Counted from the stretch's first letter, positions 1-10,448 are shown. The stretch is DNA of 64,000 bases from Fischerella sp. PCC 9605 (GCF_000517105.1 NZ_KI912148.1:2418448-2482447), one strand, 5' to 3'. Notes: a model not told the origin generated them from the sequence alone. Translations and numbers: made by a program.

Positions 1-452
1 ATGCCCTTGGTGCTAGTTACATCGCCTTTCCTTGGTGTACCGGCCATGCTTTGTTTGGGGAACTGAATTGGAAGATTGTAGTTTTCACTGCGATTTACAG
101 CTTGGCTGGGTTGGGTATTGCCGTTGTCAATGACTTTAAGAGTATAGAGGGCGATCGCAAATTCGGATTAAAGTCATTACCTGTCATGTTTGGTGCTAAT
201 AGTGCCGCTTGGATTTGTGTAGTATTGATTGATGTCTTTCAAGCGGCGATCGCTGCCTATCTAGTCTACGTTCATGAGAATTTGTATGCCGCACTTCTGG
301 CATTACTAATCATCCCGCAAATCACCTTTCAAGATATGTATTTCCTGCGTGACCCGATGAATAATGACGTAAAATACCAAGCTAGCGCTCAACCTTTCCT
401 AGTTTTGGGAATGCTTGTTGCTGGTTTGGCAATTGGTCATGCTGGCATATAA
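1..452 (+). CDS. chlG: Chlorophyll synthase ChlG (UbiA prenyltransferase family), C-terminal part; 5' end lies outside the window
   Basis: Frame 3 is open from the window edge. The translation (VVNDFKSIEGDRKFGLKSLPVMFG ... hydrophobic C-terminus) matches ChlG C-termini. Stop codon TAA at 450-452. Confidence 0.75.
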   Translation, partial: ALGASYIAFPWCTGHALFGELNWKIVVFTAIYSLAGLGIAVVNDFKSIEGDRKFGLKSLPVMFGANSAAWICVVLIDVFQAAIAAYLVYVHENLYAALLALLIIPQITFQDMYFLRDPMNNDVKYQASAQPFLVLGMLVAGLAIGHAGI

Positions 453-486
453 TTCACCCTTTTGTTATCTCTGTGGTAAGAGGTCA

Positions 487-546
487 TGAGTGAGGAATGA
501 GAAGTTAAGATCGCTAGTAACTTCTCGATCCTCACTCACAGTTTTT
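487..546 (+). terminator. Rho-independent terminator candidate downstream of chlG
   Basis: Perfect 10 bp stem TGAGTGAGGA/TCCTCACTCA (487-496 and 529-538) with a nested inner stem GAAGTTA/TAACTTC, followed by GTTTTTAT. Confidence 0.6.
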
Positions 547-569
547 ATAAGTCTTTTCCAAAAATTGCC

Positions 570-857
570 GTGTTACAAATACTGTCTTTTCTCATTCATA
601 CAATTCAACAGCTTTTAGTGCCGATTTGCTTTGTCAGCGCTTGGGTGTTAATTATTCTGGTTGCGTGGAGTTTATGGGCAGCAACGCGCGACAGCGTTAA
701 GACAGCTCAAAAAATGCATCAAATCCCCTGCGCCAGCTGCCAATATTTTACCGACGATCATCGTCTCAAATGCACAGTTCATCCCTCAGTTGCCAATACA
801 GAAGAAGCAATAAATTGTATCGACTATCAAGCTAAGACGAATGCGATGTTTTATTAG
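570..857 (+). CDS. Hypothetical small protein with an N-terminal TM helix and a Cys-rich C-terminal half (CxxC..C..C)
   Basis: ORF-track ORF of 95 aa with a hydrophobic N-terminus and four Cys. I recognise no family. Confidence 0.4.
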   Translation: MLQILSFLIHTIQQLLVPICFVSAWVLIILVAWSLWAATRDSVKTAQKMHQIPCASCQYFTDDHRLKCTVHPSVANTEEAINCIDYQAKTNAMFY

Positions 858-860
858 AAC

Positions 861-950
861 TTGTTGTTGGTTGGTAGTTGGTGGTTATTGGGAATGAACA
901 CCAAACAACAAACAACAAACAACAAACAACAACTAACCATTTCCCATTTC
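861..950. repeat. Hairpin-forming tandem heptamer array (TTGTTGG ... CCAAACAACAAACAA)
   Basis: Direct reading. The TGGTTGT-type units are followed by their reverse complement ACAACAA repeated about 5 times. Confidence 0.8.
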
Positions 951-1892
951 CAGCAATACCTTTAAAACACCTTTAGTTTGGGCGTGGGCAAAAGCTGCTA
1001 GTCCTTCCGAAAGGGGATAACGGGCATGAATGAGGGGTTGGACGTCCACTTTGCCTTGTGCTAGCAGTGCCAATGCTGGTGGAAACGGGCCGCAGCGTGA
1101 ACCAATGAGAGTGATTTCATCCACTACCAATGAAGAAGCATCTAAACTCAGGTTGCCAGCATAGGTACTTTTGAGTACCAGTGTACCGCGAGGACGCAAA
1201 GCACGGCGGGCGATCGCAAATCCTTCCGCATTGCCTGTACACTCTACTGAAATATCAAAGGCTCGATTTGTCACTGCATCAGCGAAGCCTGTTTTGATAC
1301 CCCGTGCCTCTAAGTTAGCCAGTTTATCGCGATGACGACCTATTACCAAAAGGTCACAGCCTGTCACAGCTAGTGTTTGCGCTACTAATAGCCCCAATTT
1401 GCCATCCCCAACCACCAATACTCGGTCATCTGGACGCAACGCCACCTGCTGCTGAATTTCCAGTGCTGCGGCTACAGGTTCGGTAAATGTTGCTGCTTCT
1501 GTGGGAACATGTTCTGGGACAGGATGCAGATTTTCTACAGGCAAACAAAGATAATCGGCAAAAGCGCCATTGCGGTTGACAATGCCAAGTACAGTGCGGT
1601 TTTCGCAGTGAGTAGAGTTTCCGCTACGACAAAAGCGACATTGTCCGCAGACAGCATTAATTTCTCCGACAACGCGGCGGTTAAGTAAGTGTTCTGGGCC
1701 TTGTTCAACAACACCGACAAATTCATGCCCTAAAATGCCATTGTAGGGATAATAGCCTCTAGTAAGTTCCAAATCGGTGTTGCAAATACCTGCACACAAA
1801 ACTCGTACTAAAGCCTCTCCCGATGATGGTTCGGGAATAGGGATGTCGGTACGTAATTGCAGTTGCTTGTTTTCCAGCCAGAGTCCTTTCAT
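933..1892 (-). CDS. Zinc-dependent alcohol dehydrogenase (MDR superfamily)
   Basis: GHEFVGVV and the Cys cluster CGQCRFCRSGNSTHC (structural Zn site), then a Rossmann motif VLVVGDGKLGLL. Confidence 0.85.
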   Translation of the reverse strand: MKGLWLENKQLQLRTDIPIPEPSSGEALVRVLCAGICNTDLELTRGYYPYNGILGHEFVGVVEQGPEHLLNRRVVGEINAVCGQCRFCRSGNSTHCENRTVLGIVNRNGAFADYLCLPVENLHPVPEHVPTEAATFTEPVAAALEIQQQVALRPDDRVLVVGDGKLGLLVAQTLAVTGCDLLVIGRHRDKLANLEARGIKTGFADAVTNRAFDISVECTGNAEGFAIARRALRPRGTLVLKSTYAGNLSLDASSLVVDEITLIGSRCGPFPPALALLAQGKVDVQPLIHARYPLSEGLAAFAHAQTKGVLKVLLEMGNG

Positions 1893-1929
1893 GTTAAAAG
1901 CTGAACTTATCCAGCGTTGTGTGAAAAAA

Positions 1930-2958
1930 ATGACACTGTTTATTCAAAGCAAGTTACCGTCATACGCAAAAATATTAGCAAATGAGCGGCAAAGCTTCCA
2001 AACAAAAAAAGTATTTTTTTACTTTTTACCTTTCACCTTTTACCTTCTTCTATTGACATTGCCTGCTTTTGCCGAAACAGTAAAAAATTCCTGTCCTCCC
2101 AAATTAGTTGTAAATGCACCGCCTACCAATCTAGACACTATTTTTCCAGACTGGGATAAAACTTGTGGAAAACCAGAGAATTTTATCTCTAGCCCTCAAC
2201 AGATGTTACTGGAACTAGCAAAAGCGGATGTAGTGTATCTGGGGGAGACTCACGACAGTTCCATCGATCACCAAAACCAACTCAAAATTATTCAGGAACT
2301 CCACCAACGTAATCCGAAAATTGCGATCGCCATGGAAATGTTCCAGCGTCCCTATCAAGGTGTTGTCGATCAATATCTGGCAGGTAAACTCACTGAACAA
2401 GAACTAACAGAGAAAAGCGAGTACGAAAAACGCTGGGGTTTTCCTTGGGAAAATTACGCCCCCATCCTCCGCTTTGCGAAAGCAAAACAATTACCCGTCT
2501 TAGCATTAAATACACCCTCGGAAGTTACCCGTCAAGTTGCCCGTCAAGGATTAGAAAGCCTCACACCATCACAGAAGCAATTTATTCCTCCCTTTGCAGA
2601 AATTCGCATCGATAACGAAAAGTATCGGCAGTTAGCGCTACAAGCATTTCAACAGCATCAAGATGCAGGCCATGGTAACAGTGCTGATGCCGAACGCTTT
2701 TTTTTGGCGCAGGTACTGTGGGATGAAACAATGGCAGAGGGCATTGCCAAGTTTGTCAAAGCTAACCCAGATTATCAAGTAGTCGTGTTAGCTGGACAAG
2801 GACATATTATCTACGGTTACGGAATTCCCAGCCGCGTTAAACGTCGTCTAGAGGGTAAGAAGTTAATTCAGCGTTCGGTTTTACTTAGCCCTCCAGAAGA
2901 AGCGACAGCTGGTAAAGAAGGTGAGGCGGCTGATTTTATCTTTGAGAAGACAAAGTAG
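1930..2958 (+). CDS. ChaN-family (haem-binding uptake / Tiki-like) lipoprotein
   Basis: Signal peptide (LLLLTLPAFA) followed by VVYLGETHDSSIDHQNQLKII and AIAMEMF motifs typical of ChaN/DUF399. The ORF-track start at 1777 overlaps the ADH gene, so I chose the ATG at 1930 (a GTG at 1921 is also possible). Confidence 0.7.
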   Translation: MTLFIQSKLPSYAKILANERQSFQTKKVFFYFLPFTFYLLLLTLPAFAETVKNSCPPKLVVNAPPTNLDTIFPDWDKTCGKPENFISSPQQMLLELAKADVVYLGETHDSSIDHQNQLKIIQELHQRNPKIAIAMEMFQRPYQGVVDQYLAGKLTEQELTEKSEYEKRWGFPWENYAPILRFAKAKQLPVLALNTPSEVTRQVARQGLESLTPSQKQFIPPFAEIRIDNEKYRQLALQAFQQHQDAGHGNSADAERFFLAQVLWDETMAEGIAKFVKANPDYQVVVLAGQGHIIYGYGIPSRVKRRLEGKKLIQRSVLLSPPEEATAGKEGEAADFIFEKTK

Positions 2959-2960
2959 AA

Positions 2961-3767
2961 TTACTTCAAATTTAAAAATCTATCCAAAGCTACTACCATA
3001 CTAGGAGGCCAGCGGCGGATATTTTTCACCCAGTTAATGTCTTTGTAGCGCCTGTCAAGCCCAGAAGCAGCTACCCAATTACTTTCAGCTTCGCCTTTTT
3101 GTCCGTTTACCCAAAGTGCGGCGGTGAGTGCAGCACGTGTATCGGCAAAATTGGGATATTTGCGGACTATATTTTTCATTTCTTTGATTGCTTGGTCTAT
3201 TTGACCAGTTTCATACAATACAAGAGCATAGTTACCACGAGCAATAACTAAATTCGGGGCTAGTGCCATTGATTTTTTATAGTCAGCAATAGCTTCTTGC
3301 CATTCACCCAAACCTGCTTTAGCAGTACCACGATTGTTATACGCCATTGCATCGTTAGGATCGAATTCGAGAATGCGGTCATAATCGGCGATCGCTTCTT
3401 CCCATCTTCCCAAACCCTCCAGCGCCGTGCCACGATTCAAATAGGGGTCTGTTACGTCCGGTGCAAGTTCTACAGCTTTGTTAAAATCTGCCAGCGCCTC
3501 TTGCAGCTTGTTCTGACTTACCCTAGAATTTCCTCGATTACTCCAAGCCGCAGCATTATCGGGGAATTGCTCAATAATTTCTGTCCAATACTGTTCAGCC
3601 GTGGCAAAATCACCTTTACTCGTCGCTGCAAAAGCCGATCTAGCCAACTTATCCCATTTTTGCAACTGCTGTTGACTAACTTGAGAAGATTGAGTTTGGG
3701 CAATTGCAAAATCACCCCAAACAAACACCAGTAGCAGACTTAACAAAATAACAAATAACCTAATCAT
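2961..3767 (-). CDS. Secreted TPR-repeat protein
   Basis: N-terminal signal peptide and at least five 34-residue TPR units (W..G.......A...Y..A.E..P). Confidence 0.8.
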   Translation of the reverse strand: MIRLFVILLSLLLVFVWGDFAIAQTQSSQVSQQQLQKWDKLARSAFAATSKGDFATAEQYWTEIIEQFPDNAAAWSNRGNSRVSQNKLQEALADFNKAVELAPDVTDPYLNRGTALEGLGRWEEAIADYDRILEFDPNDAMAYNNRGTAKAGLGEWQEAIADYKKSMALAPNLVIARGNYALVLYETGQIDQAIKEMKNIVRKYPNFADTRAALTAALWVNGQKGEAESNWVAASGLDRRYKDINWVKNIRRWPPSMVVALDRFLNLK

Positions 3768-3799
3768 TTGTGTTCTTAGAGTGAGAGATGGGTGAAAAT

Positions 3800-3885
3800 T
3801 CCTCTTTGTGTCTTAGTGTCTTGGTGTTTCAATCATTCTTTTTTCACCACTAAGACACAAAGACACCAAGAAAAATCCATTTCCA
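3800..3885. repeat. Inverted-repeat array of GTGTCTT(A/T)GTG / CACAAAGACAC units (terminator-like hairpin downstream of ruvB)
   Basis: ctttgtgtcttagtgtcttggtg ... caccactaagacacaaagacaccaag. The same unit family recurs at 61545-61655. Confidence 0.7.
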
Positions 3886-3925
3886 AGACTCAGGTCTTGA
3901 CAAGGGCACGCCTAGCTTATAATCC

Positions 3926-5029
3926 CTAAAGCAAAGACAACTGTTCGTTAGGCGGCTTAAAACCCATATGCTTGTACGCCGCAGCCGTCGCTACCCTACC
4001 ACGGGGCGTCCGGCTTAAATAGCCAATCTGCATCAAATAAGGTTCATAAACTTCTTCTATGGTTTGGGTATCCTCACCCGTCGCTGCTGCAATTGTTTCC
4101 AATCCCACCGGGCCGCCATTGAATTGTTCAATTATTACAGTCAGCATCCGGCGGTCTGTCCAATCCAAGCCGCAAGGATCTACTTGGAATAGGTGTAATG
4201 CTTCGGCTGCAACGCTTTCGCAAATTTTATCAAAGGATTTTACCTCTGCATAATCACGTACACGCTTGAGTAATCTATTTGCTATACGTGGTGTTCCTCG
4301 CGATCGCTTGGCTATTTCTTTAGCACCATCCTCGGTGACGGTAGTGTTGAGTAACTGGGCGCTACGCAGAACTATCTGACTCAGTTCTTCTACCTCATAA
4401 AATCTTAACTTTTGAACTAAGCCAAAGCGATCGCGTAGAGGAGAAGTCAGCGCACCCACACGGGTTGTTGCTCCTACCAAAGTAAACTTTGATAGTGGTA
4501 TACTGCGAGTCCGAGCGCTGGAACCTTTGCCAATGGTAATATCTAAACGATAATCTTCCATTGCTGGGTATAAAATTTCCTCGGTCATCCGCGAGAGGCG
4601 ATGAATTTCATCGATAAACAGCACATCCCCTGGCTGAAGATTCACCAACAATCCGACAATATCTCTAGGGCGTTCTAGGGCTGGGGCGCTGGTAATTTTG
4701 TAATTTACCCCCATCTCAGCTGCTAAAATCATTGCCATTGTGGTTTTACCCAAACCAGGAGGGCCATACAATAGCAGGTGATCCAGTACTTCACCTCTGG
4801 ACTTAGCTGCTTTAATTGCTATGTCTAGTACATCTTTTAAATCTTTTTGGCCAATATAATCGGCAAACCGCTGCGGTCGAATACTCTCTTCCTGCTTACC
4901 TTGTTCATCAGTTGCAGCTTCAGGTTGCAAAATATTCTCTTTTGGGGATGCTTTTGCCGACTCCCGGCGCTGCTTTGGTTGTCCGCCGCCTGGTTCGTGA
5001 GGCTGTTTTTTCGAGGAGATAATCGCCAT
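3926..5029 (-). CDS. ruvB: Holliday junction branch-migration ATPase RuvB
   Basis: Walker [13 protein letters not shown], Walker [11 protein letters not shown], and the RuvB C-terminal winged helix. The long charged N-terminal extension is typical of cyanobacteria. Confidence 0.95.
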   Translation of the reverse strand: MAIISSKKQPHEPGGGQPKQRRESAKASPKENILQPEAATDEQGKQEESIRPQRFADYIGQKDLKDVLDIAIKAAKSRGEVLDHLLLYGPPGLGKTTMAMILAAEMGVNYKITSAPALERPRDIVGLLVNLQPGDVLFIDEIHRLSRMTEEILYPAMEDYRLDITIGKGSSARTRSIPLSKFTLVGATTRVGALTSPLRDRFGLVQKLRFYEVEELSQIVLRSAQLLNTTVTEDGAKEIAKRSRGTPRIANRLLKRVRDYAEVKSFDKICESVAAEALHLFQVDPCGLDWTDRRMLTVIIEQFNGGPVGLETIAAATGEDTQTIEEVYEPYLMQIGYLSRTPRGRVATAAAYKHMGFKPPNEQLSLL

Positions 5030-5185
5030 AGTTCAGCTATCTACTTTTACTTTTACACTTTATTGAGGGCAAGTGGTAGCAGCACCAATGCGTATAAATA
5101 CGGAAGCAAAATTTTTCTTTCTTAAATACGCTTGCCAATTTAAAATTTAAATTCCGGGGAACTACTTAGGAGTAGAAAGTTTATC

Positions 5186-5959
5186 ATGCTGGCTAAGAGA
5201 ATCTTACCGTGCCTAGATGTGAACGCGGGACGAGTTGTAAAAGGAGTTAACTTTGTTAACCTCCAGGATGCAGGCGATCCGGTCGAATTAGCACAGGTTT
5301 ATAACGAAGCGGGAGCAGATGAGTTAGTGTTTCTGGATATTACGGCAACTCATGAAGACCGCGACATTATTATCGACGTGGTTTACCGCACTGCTGAACA
5401 AGTCTTTATTCCCCTGACTGTTGGCGGTGGCATCCAATCCTTAGAAAATGTTAAAAATCTGTTACGAGCCGGAGCAGACAAGGTTAGTATTAATTCTGCG
5501 GCGGTACGCGATCCAAATTTTATCAATCGGGCTAGCGATCGCTTTGGCAATCAATGCATAGTAGTTGCGATTGATGCCAGACGCAGAAAAGATCCTAACA
5601 ATCCAGGTTGGGATGTGTATGTGCGAGGTGGACGGGAAAACACAGGTATAGATGCCATATGGTGGGCACAAGAAGTGGAAAAACGGGGTGCAGGAGAATT
5701 GCTAGTTACAAGCATGGATGCCGATGGCACTCAGGTTGGTTATGACCTCGAATTAACAAAAACGATCGCTGAAGTTGTACAAATTCCAGTCATTGCTTCT
5801 GGTGGTGCGGGTAATTGTCAACATATCTATGAAGCACTAACAGAAGGTAGAGCAGAAGCCGCATTACTAGCTTCATTGTTACATTACGGACAATTAACTG
5901 TGGAGGCAATTAAAAATTATTTGCGCGATCGTCAATTACCAATCAGAATGCCATCCTGA
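5186..5959 (+). CDS. hisF: Imidazole glycerol phosphate synthase cyclase subunit HisF
   Basis: [18 protein letters not shown] ... [10 protein letters not shown] ... GGGI: a full-length TIM-barrel HisF. Confidence 0.95.
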   Translation: MLAKRILPCLDVNAGRVVKGVNFVNLQDAGDPVELAQVYNEAGADELVFLDITATHEDRDIIIDVVYRTAEQVFIPLTVGGGIQSLENVKNLLRAGADKVSINSAAVRDPNFINRASDRFGNQCIVVAIDARRRKDPNNPGWDVYVRGGRENTGIDAIWWAQEVEKRGAGELLVTSMDADGTQVGYDLELTKTIAEVVQIPVIASGGAGNCQHIYEALTEGRAEAALLASLLHYGQLTVEAIKNYLRDRQLPIRMPS

Positions 5960-6058
5960 AAATGCCAATCTTTCGTTTCAAGATATCTACAGCATTTAAC
6001 CCAGTTCCTGAAAACGATGTTAAACTTGGTAAAGAAGAATTAAAAAATATTAAGAAAT

Positions 6059-6250
6059 ATGTTGATTCCTATTTTAGTTTTTGATGTGGCGCTAGTAGCT
6101 TGGTCGCTGCACTTAATGGAAAGAGCTTACGAAAGTAAGGAATTTTCATTGATGTTAGCAGGTTTGTTAGTTGCGCTGGCAGCTGCTGCCATGATGGTAG
6201 TTTACTTTTTGATGGGGCATTGTATGAGTTATTTGTTACAAGTCTCTTAA
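6059..6250 (+). CDS. Possible small two-TM membrane protein (63 aa)
   Basis: Two hydrophobic stretches. No other support. Confidence 0.3.
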   Translation: MLIPILVFDVALVAWSLHLMERAYESKEFSLMLAGLLVALAAAAMMVVYFLMGHCMSYLLQVS

Positions 6251-6508
6251 TGAGAAAAGTACCCATCTAAAAGAATATAAACTACTAGATCAAAATAGCA
6301 TTTTAGTATTCCTGATTACCCATTTCATTACACCACTTATCTAACAAGACATAGGTGTCTTGTAGGAACTCTACAATCAAGGTGTTGCTGATGACAGTTA
6401 TTCTAAGTAGGTAAAATCCTTAACTCTCTGAAGTGAATATCAGCAAAGTTTTTATAGATAGCGAAAAATTAAGCTTGTAAGTAAATCGGCACGAATAAAG
6501 TTAACTCG

Positions 6509-6690
6509 TAAGGGTCGTCATTTGTGAGCCAGCGCGGTCTTGGGGGGTTCTCCCCATGTAGACGCGCGCAGCGCGGCTTCCCGAAGGGTACGACTGCGTA
6601 GACGCGCGCAGCGCGGCTTCTCGCAGAGTAGGGCTTCTCGCAGAGTACCCGTAAGGGTCATTGGTCATTGGTCATTGGGTAGGGGCAAAG
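6509..6690. repeat. Composite GC-rich dispersed repeat with two sub-elements
   Basis: Element GTGAGCCAGCGCGGTCTTGGGGGGTTCTCCCCATG, then two copies of GTAGACGCGCGCAGCGCGGCTTC, two copies of GGGCTTCTCGCAGAGTA, and a GTCATTG x3 heptamer array. Related copies lie at 18635-18695 (inverted), 40207-40270 and 42280-42420. Confidence 0.85.
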
Positions 6691-6817
6691 CATTTGTACT
6701 AGTACATTTAGCTTTGATGTCAAGATATACATACAAATGCTGTGCCCTTACAGGCATTTTTACTTTTATTTAAAATATAAGTATTGTTTACTTGAGTGAA
6801 CTGAGGGGGAAATCTGC

Positions 6818-7222
6818 GTGAAAAACTCGTTTCTGCCGCTAAAGCGACTTGCTGTTGCTGCAACCTTGATGGGAGTTGGCTTTGCTTCCTTGCTGATGCC
6901 GCAACCTAGCCTAGCTGAACCAAGCGAATTACCGAACCTGCCTACTTACGATCCGCAAACCAATACAGACGACCCATACAACGCTGAAAATAATCCATTC
7001 TCTAACTCCAATACAAGTGATGGATTTGGCGTGTTTAACTTAATTCATCGTGCCAATCTGGCTGTACCAAATTTTGATCAAAATGCACAAAATCAACAAC
7101 TCGATGAGGCAGCAAGAGCGTTTAAAAGCAGAAGTCAACAACAAATGCAACAAGTCCAACAGCAGCCATTATCAGGTTTTGAGGTAAATACACCAGGGGT
7201 AGTAACTACCCCTGATCGGTAA
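6818..7222 (+). CDS. Secreted hypothetical protein, Gln/Asn-rich
   Basis: Clear signal peptide (AVAATLMGVGFASLLMPQPSLA) and a low-complexity Q-rich C-terminus. Confidence 0.5.
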   Translation: MKNSFLPLKRLAVAATLMGVGFASLLMPQPSLAEPSELPNLPTYDPQTNTDDPYNAENNPFSNSNTSDGFGVFNLIHRANLAVPNFDQNAQNQQLDEAARAFKSRSQQQMQQVQQQPLSGFEVNTPGVVTTPDR

Positions 7223-7238
7223 ATCAAAACAGCAAGCC

Positions 7239-7281
7239 TTTAGCTATCAACTTTCAGCTTTCAAAAGCCGATCGCTGATAG
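7239..7281. terminator. Hairpin between convergent genes (candidate bidirectional terminator)
   Basis: TTAGCTATCA ... TGATAGCTAA stem, then an AT-rich run. Confidence 0.4.
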
Positions 7282-7292
7282 CTAAATTTATT

Positions 7293-7730
7293 TTATAGTC
7301 CCAATGCTGCTAAGACATCGCTGGCGTGGGTAGAAGTGTTGACGCTAGAGTCAACATGGATGATTTTGCCGTTGCCATCAATCACGTAAGTAACGCGCTT
7401 GGCATAACCACCACCATCAACATCATAAGCTTTGATTAGGGTTTGGTCGGTGTCAGCTAATAGCGGAAAATTGAGATTATATTTTTGGGTGAATGCTTGG
7501 TGCGAGGCTTCATCATCTGCACTCACTCCTAGTACTACAACATCTTTACTTTGATATTCGTTTCTCGCATCCCGGAAGCTACAGGCTTGTTTGGTGCAGC
7601 CTGGAGTGTCATCCTTGGGGTAAAAATACAAAACTACTGTCTTGCCTTTGAAATCAGACAAAGAAACTGTATTACCGTTAGTATCTTTAGCGGTAAACGT
7701 AGGTGCATCTGTCCCAACTGCTAGAGGCAT
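7293..7730 (-). CDS. Peroxiredoxin, Bcp/PrxQ type (thiol peroxidase)
   Basis: VVLYFYPKDDTPGCTKQAC active-site motif. Confidence 0.85.
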   Translation of the reverse strand: MPLAVGTDAPTFTAKDTNGNTVSLSDFKGKTVVLYFYPKDDTPGCTKQACSFRDARNEYQSKDVVVLGVSADDEASHQAFTQKYNLNFPLLADTDQTLIKAYDVDGGGYAKRVTYVIDGNGKIIHVDSSVNTSTHASDVLAALGL

Positions 7731-7915
7731 AATTTACCTTTCCTACTTGAAATTATTGATGCATCTGAAATTTTACAATAATTTACAATGATTACAGGAA
7801 AACACAGAAAAAATAGACTGTTTTTAGGTATGAGCTTGTATTTGTAAGCAAATAGCTACAAACAGACATTTTTGGAAATCAATCTTCATTAATAAAAAAT
7901 TCTCAGGAAACTAAA

Positions 7916-8320
7916 ATGCCTGCTGTTGATGGCCAGAATCAGAAAACCTTGACATATCCACATGGCACTATCAAAAGAGCCAAGCGATCGCTGTTTTGTT
8001 CTCCCTTCAATCTTATTTTATTTACAGCGATGCTGTCAGAACGGGTAGCGTTGAGTGAAATTGCTGGCAATTCTGGCATTCACAAGGGCTATACCAAACG
8101 CCCTTTGTCGGAATTAGCAGCAGAAAACGCCTTAGCATGGCTGATCCAAGTGGGTGTACTGCGACGTGAAGTTGATGGTCAGGGAATCACAGATAGTTTT
8201 CGCCTCACGCCTCTTGGCCGTCAAATCGTAGAGGAGTTTCAGCATCAACCTTGGACTACTCCAACATGGGGCGATCGCTTCTTGAATGCTGTGATTCGGT
8301 GGTTCAGACTGCCATTTTAG
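7916..8320 (+). CDS. Conserved hypothetical protein; likely start further in at ATG 8030
   Basis: ORF of 134 aa. The conserved-looking part begins MLSERVALSEIAG. I assign no family. Confidence 0.45.
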   Translation: MPAVDGQNQKTLTYPHGTIKRAKRSLFCSPFNLILFTAMLSERVALSEIAGNSGIHKGYTKRPLSELAAENALAWLIQVGVLRREVDGQGITDSFRLTPLGRQIVEEFQHQPWTTPTWGDRFLNAVIRWFRLPF

Positions 8321-8324
8321 AATT

Positions 8325-8455
8325 TGTTGTTTGTTGGTTGTTGGTGGTTGGTTGTTGGTTGTTGGTTGTTTTTACCCATCAACCGCCAACCACTAACCAC
8401 TAACCACTAACCACTAACCACTAACCACCAACCACTAACCTATACCAATTTTGAA
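8325..8455. repeat. Hairpin-forming heptamer array (TGGTTGT xN / ACCACTA x7)
   Basis: gttgttggttgttggttg ... ccaaccactaaccactaaccactaaccactaaccaccaaccactaacc. Confidence 0.85.
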
Positions 8456-8564
8456 GTGAAAAGTTAAGAGTCGGGCGCAAGCGGGAACAATATATACGGA
8501 AGTATCTACTCCCTTTATGAAGTCTTTACTATAGCTCTGCAACTCGATTTGAGATATAGCTTCT

Positions 8565-8640
8565 GGGTTGTCATTAGTCATTAGTCATTTGTGAGTACTA
8601 ATGACAAAAGACAAATGACCAATGATGGTCATTTAGGCAA
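8565..8640. repeat. AGTCATT/AATGACC heptamer hairpin array
   Basis: gtcattagtcattagtcatttgtgagtactaatgacaaaagacaaatgaccaatgatggtcattt. Confidence 0.75.
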
Positions 8641-8716
8641 CCTTACAACTCAAACAGCATTGCTGTATTACATTTCGCCCATTTAATATCACACCGGATC
8701 GGAAAAATAACTAAAT

Positions 8717-10195
8717 ATGAAAGCAATTATGGTAGTGGGAACGACATCTCACGCGGGAAAATCACTTTTAACTACGGCTATTTGTCGCATTTTGTCACGA
8801 CGTGGCTGGCGAGTGGCTCCCTTTAAAGGTCAAAATATGGCTTTAAATGCTTATGTAACTGCTAATGGTGGAGAAATTGGTTATGCTCAAGCAGTACAAG
8901 CTTGGGCGGCGGGAGTTGTTCCCTGGGTAGAAATGAACCCAATTCTCCTTAAACCCCAAGGCGATATGACTTCTCAAGTAATTATCAAGGGTAAGCCTGT
9001 TGGAAAAGTAAGTGCTGTAGATTACTACGAGCAATATTTTGAATTGGGATGGCGGTCAATTGAAGAATCTTTACAGCAATTATCAACAGAATTTGATTTG
9101 CTGGTTTGTGAAGGTGCTGGCAGTCCGGCGGAAATTAATCTCAAGCACCGCGACTTAACTAATATGCGGGTAGCAAAGTATTTAAATGCCCCTACTCTAC
9201 TGGTAGTTGATATTGATCGGGGTGGTGCTTTTGCCCATGTAGTGGGAACCTTGGAATTACTTGAGCCAGAAGAACGGGCTTTGATTCGCGGTGTAGTGAT
9301 TAACAAGTTTCGGGGACAGCGATCGCTCTTAGAATCAGGCATTAAGTGGCTGGAGGAGCGTACGGGTATCCCTGTAGTTGGTGTGATTCCTTACATGGAA
9401 ACCTTGTTTCCGGCTGAGGATTCCCTTGATTTGATGGAACGCAAATCACACAAATCCACAACCGAACTTAACATTAGTGTGATTCGCTTACCGAGAATTT
9501 CTAATTTTACCGACTTCGATCCATTGGAATCAGAATCTACAGTTTCAGTTAAATACTTAAGTCCCAAGCAAGATTTAGGACATCCTGATGCAGTAATTCT
9601 CCCAGGTACTAAAACAACTATCCCTGACTTGCTGCTGCTGCAAAAAAGTGGCATGGCAGAAGCGATTCAACACTATGCAGCAGCTGGTGGCACAGTCCTG
9701 GGCATCTGTGGCGGTTTCCAAATCCTCGGTCAAATGATTGCCGATCCAGAGGGTATCGAGGGACAAGCCGGCAGATATCAAGGGTTAGGATTATTACCCA
9801 TCAAAACAGTAATTACAGGACAAAAAGTTGCCCGCCAACGCCAAGTAACCTCAAATCATCCGCAAATGGGTTTACCCGTAACTGGGTTTGAAATTCACCA
9901 AGGGCGATCGCGGATTGAAACCCAAGGCATAGATTCCCACTCCTACTATCCCTTATTTGACGATCCGAATTTAGGATTAGTAGATAGTTGTCAATCAGTT
10001 TGGGGTACTTATCTCCACGGCATCTTTGACAATGGCCCTTGGCGTCGCGCTTGGTTAAATCGCCTGCGTCAGCAACGAGGCTTGAAATCTCTACCAACAG
10101 GTGTTGCTAACTATCGCGATCAGCGAGAAAATCTTCTAGACGGCCTTGCCACGGAAATTGAACGACATTTAGATTTAACTCCGTTGTTGTCGTAG
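8717..10195 (+). CDS. cobQ: Cobyric acid synthase CobQ (CbiP)
   Basis: N-terminal P-loop GTTSHAGKS and a C-terminal glutamine amidotransferase domain (GICGGFQILG ... YLHGIFDN). Confidence 0.9.
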   Translation: MKAIMVVGTTSHAGKSLLTTAICRILSRRGWRVAPFKGQNMALNAYVTANGGEIGYAQAVQAWAAGVVPWVEMNPILLKPQGDMTSQVIIKGKPVGKVSAVDYYEQYFELGWRSIEESLQQLSTEFDLLVCEGAGSPAEINLKHRDLTNMRVAKYLNAPTLLVVDIDRGGAFAHVVGTLELLEPEERALIRGVVINKFRGQRSLLESGIKWLEERTGIPVVGVIPYMETLFPAEDSLDLMERKSHKSTTELNISVIRLPRISNFTDFDPLESESTVSVKYLSPKQDLGHPDAVILPGTKTTIPDLLLLQKSGMAEAIQHYAAAGGTVLGICGGFQILGQMIADPEGIEGQAGRYQGLGLLPIKTVITGQKVARQRQVTSNHPQMGLPVTGFEIHQGRSRIETQGIDSHSYYPLFDDPNLGLVDSCQSVWGTYLHGIFDNGPWRRAWLNRLRQQRGLKSLPTGVANYRDQRENLLDGLATEIERHLDLTPLLS

Positions 10196-10208
10196 TAGGC
10201 TGGAAATC

Positions 10209-10448
10209 ATGACTGTTCGCATCCATTTCTTACCTGATGATGTTATGGTTGATGCCCAAGTGGGAGAACCCCTACTAGATGTAGCAGATCGGGCAGGGGT
10301 AATTATTCCCACTGGTTGTCTGATGGGTTCTTGTCACGCTTGCACAGTGGAATTAGAGGATGGAGATGTCATCCGTGCTTGTATAAGTGCAGTTCCACCC
10401 GGGCGTGAAGAAGTGACGATAAATTTGTTTAGCGATCCAACGTGGTAA
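10209..10448 (+). CDS. Small 2Fe-2S ferredoxin-like protein
   Basis: C-x4-C-x2-C ... C pattern (TGCLMGSCHAC ... RACIS). Starts 13 nt after cobQ, so probably co-transcribed. Confidence 0.65.
   Translation: MTVRIHFLPDDVMVDAQVGEPLLDVADRAGVIIPTGCLMGSCHACTVELEDGDVIRACISAVPPGREEVTINLFSDPTW

Noticed and set aside
1777-1929. Long N-terminal extension of the ChaN-like ORF overlapping the alcohol dehydrogenase gene
   Set aside because: The extension overlaps the opposite-strand ADH coding region by more than 100 nt and has no conserved features. The signal peptide begins right after ATG 1930.
6540-6773. 77 aa ORF MGGSPHVDARSAASRRVRLRRRAQRG…
   Set aside because: It is entirely encoded by the GC-rich dispersed repeat (Arg-rich because of CGC/GCG content). 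Related copies elsewhere are in different frames.
8325-8455. Tandem short repeats considered as a possible CRISPR array (also at 33650-33735, 38931-39030 and elsewhere)
   Set aside because: The repeat unit is 7 bp with no unique spacers of 30-40 bp, and each array folds back on its own reverse complement. These are heptamer hairpins, not CRISPR, and there are no cas genes.
8456-8716. Possible cobalamin riboswitch upstream of cobQ
   Set aside because: No B12-box-like GCCACTG core or other conserved riboswitch segments are visible. The region is mostly AGTCATT heptamers.
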